Source: Candidatus Poribacteria bacterium
GTDB taxonomy: Bacteria > Poribacteria > WGA-4E > PCPOR2b
Reading direction: 5' to 3'
Length of the DNA: 64,000 nucleotides
Assembly (NCBI GenBank): GCA_965208325.1
Contig: OZ242326.1
Span: 4,352,001-4,416,000 of the forward strand
How positions within the stretch are numbered: position 1 is the stretch's first letter; every line of letters begins with the position of its first letter. The notes under the pieces are model-generated. The model worked only from the letters and a program-made list of their open reading frames with translations. It had not been told where the DNA came from and searched no databases. The position numbers were made by a program, and so were the translations under genes. This document shows, in pieces, positions 50,973-60,567 of the stretch.

Positions 50973-51245
50973 TTACGGACGTTCCTCTGAATCCTCTGTA
51001 TCGCTGCGCTCACCGCGCTCCATGCGTCTGTTCCAACGAGACACGGCTCGGAACATCTCGATAAAACCCGCCGCCGTGCCGAATAGAAAGCCGATAATCG
51101 ATCCGGCGGTTGGGTTTCCCAGTTTGCCGCCAATCCACCTGCCGGCGAAGAACCCGATAACAATGGCGAGTGCGAGCGTTAGGCCGATAGTGCCCAAGTC
51201 GCCCACGCTGATCCAATCGCTGCCTTTCTTCTTGGACCAAAACAT
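50973..51245 (-). CDS. atpZ: AtpZ/AtpI (ATPase gene 1) family protein
   Basis: G...A.....G...G.W......P.....G...G..AGF two-TM pattern; position in operon. Confidence 0.75.
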   Translation of the reverse strand: MFWSKKKGSDWISVGDLGTIGLTLALAIVIGFFAGRWIGGKLGNPTAGSIIGFLFGTAAGFIEMFRAVSRWNRRMERGERSDTEDSEERP

Positions 51246-51295
51246 CTTGAACTTGCCCGCCCTTTAAATTTACGCTGGGGCTAAATGTATTTCTA

Positions 51296-52825
51296 TCAAC
51301 GCAGAAAAACGAAGGTCACAACCACAAACAGCGGGAAGAGTATGACGACCGACCAGAGCATGAATCCGAAAAAACTCGGCATCTTGATGCCGCTGCCTTC
51401 GGCGATCGATTTCACCATAAAGTTTGGGGCGTTCCCGATATAGGTGTTCGCGCCCATAAAAACGGCGCCGATGGAAATCGCTGTCAGAATCCTGACGAAC
51501 TCGAGATGGTGCGCTTCGGTGAGCGATCCGTTAAGGATTTGCGGCACCACGGCTTCCGTCAACTCCAGCTTTCCGAGGGCCGTGTTAAAGAATGTCAAAT
51601 AGGTCGGTGCGTTGTCCAAAAAACTCGATAATATGCCCGTCACCCAAAAATAGTGGAGCGGTTCGGTAACCGACCGAATCAATCCGCTTAAGGCGCCGTG
51701 CTCTCCCGCTTTGAGAATCGCCAACGCGGGGATAATCGTCATGAAAATTCCGGCGAACAGCTTGGCGACTTCGGCGATCGGTTCCCATTCAAAGTGATTC
51801 TCGCGCCGCAGTGCGCCCTCGAAGGGTGCGAACTTCAACGATAACAGTCCCATTACCACTATGAGCACATCGCGAAGCAGGTTCTGCCACGCTACATGGA
51901 CGCCCAGAATGTTCACCTCGCCCAAGTTGGCGGTGCCGCTCATCAAGACAGCCCCGACAATGCCGGCGAGGAAAATTAGGTTAAACAATCCCGCAATGCG
52001 AATCGGCGCACGCTCACCGTCGTCCGGCGCCTGTCCGCCCTCGCGTTTGAATAGTATCGTGTCCAAAATGAAGAAGAGGCCAAGCAGCAGCACGCTGATA
52101 AACACCATTTGCGGGAATAGCGCCGTGGTCGTCCAGAAAAACGGGACGCCGTGCAGAAATCCCAAAAACAGGGGCGGGTCACCCAGCGGCGTCAGCGAGC
52201 CGCCGATATTGCTTACCAAAAAGATGAAGAAGATTACCAGGTGGGTCTTGTTTTTGCGGTAAGCGTTGGCGCGAATCAGCGGGCGAATCAGTAGCATCGA
52301 CGCGCCTGTCGTGCCAATCCACGACGCAATCGCCGTCCCAATCAGCAGCAGCATCAGGTTGACAACCGGCGTGCCGCGCAGGGTGCCGCGAACCACAATC
52401 CCGCCTGCAACCGTGAACAAACCCCAGAGCAGTATGATAAATGGGATATAGTCGATTAGATAGATATGGAGTATGTCGTAGAAGGCTGCGCCCCGAAAAA
52501 TTGCGAGATACGGCAGTGCGAAAATTAACGCCCAGGCTAAAGAAATCTTGCCGTAATGCTGATGCCAGAAATGCGGCGCGGCAAGCTGCCAAAACGCAAT
52601 CGAGAGCAGAATGCCGATAAACGGAATGACACTCCAGACCGGCAGGACTGCTCCGTCAACGCCGTGATGCTCCGCATGGTGTGTGTCGTCCGCGTGGGGG
52701 GATTCAACGCCGCGGCTGGTATGGGTATGATGGTGGTCGCCTTCCGCCGAAAAACCTAACGGTGCAAACAGAAGTAACGATGTTCCGAGAAGGACAAATG
52801 GTAGAAATCTGCGGCTAATCTTCAC
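51296..52825 (-). CDS. Putative Na+/H+ antiporter (ion transporter superfamily) with His-rich N-terminus
   Basis: IGTTGASMLLIRP, VSNIGG.LTPLGDPPLFLGFL.GV.F.W, LSSFLDNAPTY, GANTYIGNAPNFMVK. Confidence 0.85.
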   Translation of the reverse strand: MKISRRFLPFVLLGTSLLLFAPLGFSAEGDHHHTHTSRGVESPHADDTHHAEHHGVDGAVLPVWSVIPFIGILLSIAFWQLAAPHFWHQHYGKISLAWALIFALPYLAIFRGAAFYDILHIYLIDYIPFIILLWGLFTVAGGIVVRGTLRGTPVVNLMLLLIGTAIASWIGTTGASMLLIRPLIRANAYRKNKTHLVIFFIFLVSNIGGSLTPLGDPPLFLGFLHGVPFFWTTTALFPQMVFISVLLLGLFFILDTILFKREGGQAPDDGERAPIRIAGLFNLIFLAGIVGAVLMSGTANLGEVNILGVHVAWQNLLRDVLIVVMGLLSLKFAPFEGALRRENHFEWEPIAEVAKLFAGIFMTIIPALAILKAGEHGALSGLIRSVTEPLHYFWVTGILSSFLDNAPTYLTFFNTALGKLELTEAVVPQILNGSLTEAHHLEFVRILTAISIGAVFMGANTYIGNAPNFMVKSIAEGSGIKMPSFFGFMLWSVVILFPLFVVVTFVFLR

Positions 52826-52854
52826 GTTAACTGAGTCGCCTCATTGCCGCTTAC

Positions 52855-52930
52855 AAAAGTCAATGTCATAACCTTCGGCGGCTTCGCATGGAAGATGGGC
52901 TCGCCGTAAACCGATTGAATCTTTGACAAG
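52855..52930 (-). ncRNA. Candidate cis-regulatory structured RNA in the antiporter/atp leader
   Basis: The - strand reads TCAAT-CGGTTTA-CGGCG...CGCCG-AAGGTTATGAC-ATTGA: nested stems with an asymmetric internal loop. Confidence 0.35.
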
Positions 52931-53040
52931 CTGGCTTCCGAAAGAGAAATGTATCAAAAACGCAGTAGAGTTTGTGAAATTTTTCACAAACTCAAGCCAA
53001 AAAAAAATGTATTACGCGCACTTTCAGCACGCAATCACCT

Positions 53041-53069
53041 ATTGTCTCACATTTCTGGGAGCGTGTCAA
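53041..53069 (-). promoter_or_regulatory. Putative sigma70 promoter of the antiporter-atp operon
   Basis: TTGACA-N17-GACAAT with a TGn extended -10. Confidence 0.6.
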
Positions 53070-53109
53070 GTTTTTTTTCGGAGGGGATTGTGAAAAAAGG
53101 GAGTGTGGA

Positions 53110-53259
53110 TTATTTTTCGGCGGACGATTTTTCGACGGATTTACGGCGCGCCCGCGCTTTTCGGGCGAGCTGCCGTTTCATTGCATCGAGCTGGTTTTTG
53201 CGGTTCAGTTTCCGGCTGATATCTTCCGCGATAGTTTTTGGGGCGCGTTTCGTTTTCAT
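53110..53259 (-). CDS. Possible small basic protein (49 aa)
   Basis: GGAGA RBS before ATG; MKTKRAPKTIAEDISRKLNRKNQLDAMKRQLARKARARRKSVEKSSAEK. Confidence 0.35.
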   Translation of the reverse strand: MKTKRAPKTIAEDISRKLNRKNQLDAMKRQLARKARARRKSVEKSSAEK

Positions 53260-53386
53260 TCTGGTCTCCGTGCAAGATAAATTGAGGCAACGTTTAGGAG
53301 TGCACAAATCAAAACGACGACAGGATTGTGTGCGGTTTCACACATTTCAACACGTGTTGTGGAAGCGCGGCGAAATTCATCCACTA

Positions 53387-53416
53387 TTGACGGGTGAGGT
53401 GGTTTTTTGGTATACT
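53387..53416 (+). promoter_or_regulatory. Putative sigma70 promoter firing into the 325-bp repeat array and cstA
   Basis: TTGACG-N18-TATACT with a TGn extension. Confidence 0.55.
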
Positions 53417-53503
53417 AAAAAATCATAACGATGGTTGGGGTTAAGGATTTATCTGAACTGTGATTCGTGTGATTAAATGCTGGGCTGTGATAACGAGAGT
53501 TCT

Positions 53504-55477
53504 TGTAGGTTGGGTTACGCTAGATTGTAGGGAATTCATGATTCATTAAAACACGAAACGCCTGCGTTGTAGCTAACTGTTTCTTAAAACACCACTTAAC
53601 CCAACCTACAAGAACTGGTGTATTGATTGCGTTCGAGAATTGTCAGTGCGCGGTGAAACCCAACGCCTTTCAAATCTCGAGAGTGCAGAAAAGCGTTGGG
53701 TTTCGCTGCGCATAATTTGGAATTGGGCGTGTTTTGTGTAATGAACGGTCAACGCAATTGGAACGGTTTTGGGATAATCCGCTCTACCCAACCTACAAAG
53801 ACTAGCGTCTTCGGTGCGTGATGAATTCAAATTCTTTACACCTGTCGCCCCGCTGGGGCTTCGGCATTAGTGAGTTGGTGCGCATTTTGTAGGTTGGGTA
53901 GAGCGAGATTATTGAAACATGCGGTTATTAGGCATAGGGCTGGTGTGTTGATTGTGTTCAAGAATTGTCAGGCGTAGCGATAGCCAACGCATTTTAAATA
54001 TCGGGAGTGCAGAAAAGCGTTGGGTTTCGCTGCGCATAATTTGGAATTGGGCGTGTTTTGTGTACTGAGCTGTCAACGCAATTGGAACGGTTTTGGGATT
54101 ATCCGCTCTACCCAACCTACAAAGACTAGCGTCTTCGGTGCGTGATGAATTCAAATTCTTTATACCTGTCGCCCCGCTGGGGCTTTCAATGATTGGAGAA
54201 TTGTCGTTTCTATACACCTGTCGCCCCTCCGGGGCTTCGGCATTAGTGAGTTGGTGCGCATTTTGTAGGTTGGGTTGAGCGGGATTGTTGAAACATGCGG
54301 TTATTAGGCATAAGGCTGGTGTGTTGATTGTGTTCAAGAATTGTCAGTGCGCGGTGAAACCCAACGCCTTTTAAATCTCGAGAGGTCAGAAAAGCGTTGG
54401 GTTTCGCTACAGGTAATTTGGAATAGGCAATGTTTTGTGTACTGAGCTGTCAACGCAATTGGAACGGTTTTGGGATAATCCGCTCTACCCAACCTACAAA
54501 GACTAGCGTCTTCGGTGCGTGATAAATTCAAATTCTTTATACCTGTCGCCCGTCCGGGGCTTCGACATTAGTGAGTTGGTGCGCATTTTGTAGGTTGGGT
54601 AGAGCGAGATTATTGAAACATGCGGTTATTAGGCATAGGGCTGGTGTGTTGATTGCAATTAAGAATTGGTAGTGCGCGGAGAAACCCAACGCCTTTTAAA
54701 TCTCGAGAGTGCAGAAAAGCGTTGGGTTTCGCTGCGCACAATTTGGAATTGGCAGCGTTTTGGGTTGTGAACCGTCAACGGAATTGGAACGGTTTTGGGA
54801 TTATCCGCTCTACCCAACCTACAAAGACTAGCGTCTTCGGTGCGTGATGAATTCAAATTCTTTATACCTGTCGCCCCGCTGGGGCTTCGGCATTAGTGAG
54901 TTGGTGCGCATTTTGTAGGTTGGGTAGAGCGGGATTGTTGAAACATGCGGTTATTAGGCATAAGGCTGGTGTGTTGATTGTGTTCAAGAATTGTTAGTGC
55001 GCGGAGAAACCCAACGCCTTTTAAATCTCGAGAGTGCAGAAAAGCGTTGGGTTTCGCTGCGCACAATTTGGAATTGGCAGCGTTTTGGGTTGTGAACCGT
55101 CAACGGAATTGGAACGGTTTTGGGATTATCCGCTCTACCCAACCTACAAAGACTAGCGTCTTCGGTGCGTGATGAATTCAAATTCTTTACACCTGTCGCC
55201 CCGCTGGGGCTTCGGCATTAGTGAGTTGGTGCGCATTTTGTAGGTTGGGTAGAGCGAGATTATTGAAACATGTGGTTATTAGGCATAAGGCTGGTGTGTT
55301 GATTGCAATTAAGAATTGGTAGTGCGCGGTGAAACCCAACGCCTTTTAAATCTCGAGAGTGCAGAAAAGCGTTGGGTTTCGCTACAGGTAATTTGGAATA
55401 GGCAATGTTTTGTGTACTGAGCTGTCAACGCAATTGGAACGGTTTTGGTATAATCCGCTCTACCCAACCTACAAAGA
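53504..55477. repeat. Tandem array of six ~325-bp REP-derived units
   Basis: TACCCAACCTAC recurs at 53785, 54109, 54486, 54811, 55136 and 55461; nested inverted repeats GTAGGTTGGGTAGAGCG/CGCTCTACCCAACCTAC and GAAACCCAACGC/GCGTTGGGTTTC, plus TGTCGCCCCGCTGGGGCT. Confidence 0.95.
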
Positions 55478-55567
55478 TTACAAAGTCTACAAAGACATGA
55501 AAATAGAAACGCAATGGAAATGCGGTAAAAATCTGTTTTGCCGAGTGCACAAGGAGGCGGGACGCCT

Positions 55568-57250
55568 ATGAACGCTGCGGTAATTGCGGTTGTTGTGTTG
55601 ATTCTGTATTTTTTGGGGTACCGTTACTACTCGAAGTTTCTCTCCGAGAAGATTTTTCGGCTTTCTGACGATGAACCGATGCCCTCGCATGAGCTCGAAG
55701 ACGGCGTGGATTATGTTCCGACTAACAAACACGTCCTGTTTGGGCACCACTTCTCGTCGATTGCCGGCGCCGCGCCGATTATCGGACCCGCGATTGCCGT
55801 GTTTTGGGGCTGGCTGCCTGCGATTCTCTGGGTGGTGCTCGGAACAATTTTTATGGGTGCGGTGCACGATTTCAGTGCGCTCGTGGTCTCCGCCCGGCGG
55901 AAGGGGCGGTCCGTCGGAGACCTCGCCGGGTTGCTGGTGAATTCCCGCGCAAGAACGCTGTTTCTGATAATCGTCTACTTCTTGATTTTTTTCGTCCTGG
56001 CGGTCTTCGCATACGCCATCGCCAGCCTGTTCGTCAAATATCCGACAAGTGTGCTGCCCATTAATTTCGAGATTGCCGTGGCGCTCGCTATCGGTTTTCT
56101 GCTCTATCGAAAAGGGATTCCGCTGCTCTGGCCGTCCATAATTGCGCTGCTCATGCTTTATGTCATGGTCTGGGTGGGGACACGCGTGCCGATACCGATG
56201 CCCGAAATCATGGGCAGCCAAAAGGTGACGTGGATTATCTTGCTGCTGGGCTACTCATTCGTTGCGTCGGTATTGCCGGTGTGGTTGCTGCTGCAGCCGC
56301 GCGACTATATCAACTCCCACCAACTCTTCGTCGGGTTGGCGGTGATGTTCTTGGGGCTGATGGTGGCGCATCCGACGATGCAGGCGCCGGCAATCAACCC
56401 CAACCCCGACGGCGCTGTTCCGATGTTTCCGTTCATCTTTGTAACCATCGCGTGCGGCGCAATCAGCGGGTTTCACGGGCTGGTTTCGAGCGGCACCACA
56501 TCGAAGCAATTGGATAAAATGACGCACGCGCGGCACGTCGGATACGGCGGAATGTTGGGCGAGGGAACGTTGGCGATGTTCGCCACGCTCGCGGTGGCTG
56601 CGGGGTTGAGCCGCAGCGAGTGGCTCACGCACTACCACGATTGGCATGCGGCGAGCAGCGGCGGCATCACCAATTTCGTGCTCGGCGCTTCCACGTTCTT
56701 GCAGGCGCTGAAGATTCCCGAACTTTTGGCGAACACGTTTATTAGCGTCATCGTCATCAGTTTCGCCGCGACGTCGCTCGATACCGGCACGCGAATTCAG
56801 CGCCTGATCGTCGGCGAACTCGGCGCGGCGTATAAGATAAAGGGGTTCCAAAACCGCTACATCGGCGCGGCGCTGGCGGTTGTGCCCAGCCTGCTGCTGG
56901 CGCTGCTCGTTGAAGCGCCGAACCTCGGACCCGGTTCAGGCGGTTTCCTGCTCTGGCCGCTGTTCGGTGCGAGCAACCAGCTCGTCGGCGGGTTGACGCT
57001 GCTGGTGGCAACGATTTTCCTCTGGAAATCGGGACGCCCCATCATCTATACGTTGATACCGATGTTCTTCCTGATATGCATGACGACGGGCGCCATGATA
57101 CTGAACTTTAAGTCGTTCTGGCATAACCCGCTGCTGCTCGTCCTCTCCGCGATAATTCTGGCGCTCGAGGTCTGGTTGATTTTGGAGGCGGTTGCCGTGT
57201 TCAAGAGCCGGCGCGGCGGCGCAAGCGGCGTCCCGCAAGAGGCGGATTAG
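55568..57250 (+). CDS. cstA: Carbon starvation protein A family peptide/pyruvate transporter
   Basis: DGVDYVPT...LFGHHF.SIAGA.PI.GP, LPVWLLLQPRDY, IACGAISGFH.LV.SGTT. Confidence 0.93.
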   Translation: MNAAVIAVVVLILYFLGYRYYSKFLSEKIFRLSDDEPMPSHELEDGVDYVPTNKHVLFGHHFSSIAGAAPIIGPAIAVFWGWLPAILWVVLGTIFMGAVHDFSALVVSARRKGRSVGDLAGLLVNSRARTLFLIIVYFLIFFVLAVFAYAIASLFVKYPTSVLPINFEIAVALAIGFLLYRKGIPLLWPSIIALLMLYVMVWVGTRVPIPMPEIMGSQKVTWIILLLGYSFVASVLPVWLLLQPRDYINSHQLFVGLAVMFLGLMVAHPTMQAPAINPNPDGAVPMFPFIFVTIACGAISGFHGLVSSGTTSKQLDKMTHARHVGYGGMLGEGTLAMFATLAVAAGLSRSEWLTHYHDWHAASSGGITNFVLGASTFLQALKIPELLANTFISVIVISFAATSLDTGTRIQRLIVGELGAAYKIKGFQNRYIGAALAVVPSLLLALLVEAPNLGPGSGGFLLWPLFGASNQLVGGLTLLVATIFLWKSGRPIIYTLIPMFFLICMTTGAMILNFKSFWHNPLLLVLSAIILALEVWLILEAVAVFKSRRGGASGVPQEAD

Positions 57251-57338
57251 TGACTTTCCTGACAATTTGAGAATAGCATCGGTACTAAATTTGTGACATT
57301 AGGATGGGATTGCCGATTCTTCAACGGATTCAAGGAGG

Positions 57339-58808
57339 ATGAAAATGAAAAGACTGTGTGTGATAAATATCGCATTGATCGTTGTGTTTTTATTCAGTGC
57401 TATGTTTAGTGTCGAATCCGCAAGCGCGGATCATGATCCGGTTATTGATAACGACAAGGAAGCCCCGGATTTTTCGCTGCCGGACACGAATAATCGAAAC
57501 GTGACCCTAAGCGAGCATGAGGGGAAGGAGAACATCGTCCTGGTCTTTTACCGAGGGCAGTGGTGACCGTCCTGTATTGACCAGCTCGTTGAGCTGCAGC
57601 CGCATTACACCCGCGTTCGCGAACTCGGCGCCGAAATGTATGCCATCAGCGTGGACAAACACGCCGACTCGATACGCGTGCTCGTGCAAGGGAACAACAG
57701 ACACAATACTAAAGTGACGTTTCCTATTCTATCAGACATTGGTGATGGAGATGTGAGAAACGGTACCAAAGCTGCAACCATTAAGAATTACGATATCTTT
57801 GATGCGAACATCAGTGGCGCTAAACCCGCTACTTTCATTGTCGACAGAGACGGTATTATTCGTTGGCATGAGGTAGGCAGCAAAAATCATCGGGTAAATT
57901 TCAGTACCGTGATCGACGTGCTTGAGGACCTTAGCGAACCACCGAACACTGCGCCTGTGATTAAAGGAAGGATTTCGGATCTCTCTGTCCGATCCGATGA
58001 ACGGCTAGTCTTCGATCTGTCCCCTCACGCGTCCGATGCGGAGGAGTCGCCGGGCAGCCTGCGGTGGGAAGTGGAGCCAACGAAAACCGAGTATTTTACC
58101 GCTGAAATCAACGGCCATCAACTCACAATCACTCCGTTCCCGGACGAATACGGTGAGAGAAGCATTACATTGAGGCTTTTTGATTCCGCCGGTGACATGG
58201 ATTCGCAATCGCTGCTCGTCAGGGTCATCCCGGGACCGAATGTCCAGAAAACGATTCGCTTGACTGTCCACGACGGGTTAAACCTGATGCACCTTCCGAT
58301 CAACGTGAAAACCGTCAACGGCGCGCCGGGGACTATCACCCGAATCAGCGACCTTTACGAGGTGCTCGGCGGGGCCGCGAATGTCCACTGGCTGGTAACG
58401 AGTTCCCCGGGCAAGCCGGGAGGGGAAAACGAGTTGAAACCGTATTTCGGGGGCGTGAACGATTCAAGCATAGATGCCGAAACGGGCATATTCGCCGCGC
58501 TCAAAGCGCCGAGAACACTGCATCTTGTCGGTACTCTGCTCAATGCGCCGCTTCACCTCAATCCGGGTTGGAACATCGTGGGCATCCCGCACTACGACAG
58601 CGGTATTTTTCTTCTCAGCGACCTGGCTTGGATAAACGAGATTCAGGGCAACGCGTCCCAAATTGCGGTATTCGAAGATGGTAAATTTTATGCGAATGCG
58701 CCAAGCGACATTATCAAAAGCACCCAGTCCGACAGGAGATTAGAAACGGGGCAGGCGATCCTGATAGAAATGACGGGCGCCGCAAGGATAACGCTGCCGT
58801 TGAAATAA
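57339..58808 (+). CDS. Exported selenoprotein: peroxiredoxin-like (AhpC/TSA) UxxC domain fused to an Ig/cadherin-like and a C-terminal beta domain (in-frame UGA at 57564-57566)
   Basis: ORFs 57339-57566 and 57636-58808 are in the same frame; read-through gives APDFSLPD...VLVFYRGQW-U-PSC..QL.EL...AISVD...P.TFIVD..G.IRW. Confidence 0.85.
57582..57596 (+). promoter_or_regulatory. Candidate bacterial SECIS hairpin
   Basis: CAGCTC-GTT-GAGCTG stem-loop 15 nt after the UGA, with G-U at the apical loop. Confidence 0.55.
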
Positions 58809-58851
58809 GTTGGCTCCCTGAATCATATCTCTGAATCGGGTCACTCCGCTA

Positions 58852-59883
58852 ATGAACCCAACCCAAATCTCAAGCACTATTCGCGAGGGTATAGCGGACC
58901 GCGTCTTCCCCGGCGCGGTGGCTTACATCGTCGAAAGCGGCAACTTATCCTATTACGAAGCATTCGGGAACCGGATGATTCAACCGGATGTTAAGCCGAT
59001 GCACCGCGGCACAATCTTCGATATCGCATCGCTCACCAAACCCATGGTCATCTCGACGCTCGCCCTGCGCCTCGTCGAGTCCGGCGGCATCGATCTGCGC
59101 GCCCCCGTCCGAGACCGCCTCCCCGAATTTTCGCATCCGGAGGTGACGGTTTACCACCTGCTGACGCACACCTCCGGACTGCCGGCGTGGCGGCCGCTGT
59201 ATCTGGATACCGCATCCAAAGAGGACGTTGTTAAACATCTGGGGCAGATGCGGCTGGAACAGCCGCTGGGCGCGAAAGTCGAATACAGTTGCCTTGGCTA
59301 TATCCTGCTCGGCGCGCTCATTGAACGCGCCGCGGGGAATTCGCTCGACCGCTTGGCTGACGAACAGATTTTTCAGCCGCTTGGAATGTCAGAAACGCGG
59401 TATAATCCGCCGGAATCGTGGATAGACTGTATCGCCGCGACGGAAGATTCCAACAGCTTTGAAAAACGCATTGCCGACCATCGCCGCTACGACTGGCGGG
59501 AGGGGGTGAACGTTGGCGCGGTGCACGACGAGAATGCCCATTATCTCGGCGGCGTGTCGGGAAACGCGGGCTTATTCTCAACGGCTGAGGACGTTTCGAA
59601 ATATTGCCGCATGATAATTGACGGCGGAGACGGCGTGTTGACGGAGCAGGGCGTGGCGCAGATGTCAGCGGTTCAAACGAAGGGATTGAATGAATCGCGC
59701 AGTGTGGGTTGGATTATCTTGGAGGACGGCTCGCTCTACCACACCGGATTCACCGGAACTTCGATCCGAATCAATTTGCAAAGCAGGTCATTTGCCGTTT
59801 TGTTGACGAACCGCGTTCACCCGAGCGCATTCGGTCCCAGCATGGTGGAATTTCGCGCCAAATTTCATCAGGAAATTTTTTGA
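58852..59883 (+). CDS. Serine hydrolase, beta-lactamase class C-like family
   Basis: F..ASLTK (SxxK), LLTHTSGL, YS..GY, GNAGLFST, HTGFTG, LTNRVHP. Confidence 0.9.
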   Translation: MNPTQISSTIREGIADRVFPGAVAYIVESGNLSYYEAFGNRMIQPDVKPMHRGTIFDIASLTKPMVISTLALRLVESGGIDLRAPVRDRLPEFSHPEVTVYHLLTHTSGLPAWRPLYLDTASKEDVVKHLGQMRLEQPLGAKVEYSCLGYILLGALIERAAGNSLDRLADEQIFQPLGMSETRYNPPESWIDCIAATEDSNSFEKRIADHRRYDWREGVNVGAVHDENAHYLGGVSGNAGLFSTAEDVSKYCRMIIDGGDGVLTEQGVAQMSAVQTKGLNESRSVGWIILEDGSLYHTGFTGTSIRINLQSRSFAVLLTNRVHPSAFGPSMVEFRAKFHQEIF

Positions 59884-59986
59884 TATTGCGGTTACTACAA
59901 TCATTTCAAGTAAGGAAGAGTGTCCGTAAAATTTGGACGTCTATTATTGATTCCGAGATAGTGGTAGAGCGAGGTTCGAGCGGTGA

Positions 59987-60531
59987 GCGGGGCAAGATGC
60001 CCCGCCTACAAGGCGTGGTGGGGTACGGGGTGGCAAGATGCCCGCCTACAGGGCGTGGTGGTACACGCGGGGCAAGATGCCCCGCCTACAAGGCGTGGTG
60101 GGGTACGGGGTGGCAAGATGCCCCGCCTACGGAGGGTGGGGTGATGATTTACGCGGGGCAAGATGCCCCGCCTACAAGGCATGGTGGCACGCTAGGGTTG
60201 GGGGAGGCAAGATGCCCGCCTAGGGAGGGTGGGGTGATAGTTTACACGGGGCAATGAAGATCTCTAGCGCACTCGTTATTCAGTCGCTTGATTTCAGCCT
60301 ACTGAGGGTAGTGGGATACTTAATGCCTGCCGCCCCTCTGGGGCTATTGATGTAGGGTGAATTGATGTTGCTATATACCTATCGCCCCTCTGGGGCTTTC
60401 GATTTAGGTGAAATAATGATTTTATAATCCTGAGAATCTCAATTGTACTCGCAATTCACCCGCTCGATCCCGCGCTGGCGCTTTGGCTTATGACAACTGG
60501 TGCTGTAAAATATGAACTTTCAAACAGGTTT
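59987..60531. mobile_element. Third, partial member of the REP-carrying MITE family (~6 REP units plus right end)
   Basis: REP units at 59987-60255; 60257-60345 matches 39921-40010; right end TATGAACTTTCAAACAGGTTT+TAA; left end not recognisable. Confidence 0.6.
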
Positions 60532-60567
60532 TAAGAAAATCCTTGAATAATTGAAGGAGAATTAATA

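Noticed and set aside
53504..55477. CRISPR array or repeated 64-65 aa protein genes (53606-55181 ORFs)
   Set aside because: Whole 325-bp units repeat without unique spacers; the ORFs vary in start and stop between units and run through palindromes
57339..57566. Separate 75-aa gene or nonsense pseudogene
   Set aside because: The stop is a TGA at the catalytic Cys position with in-frame continuation and a SECIS-like hairpin; better explained as selenocysteine
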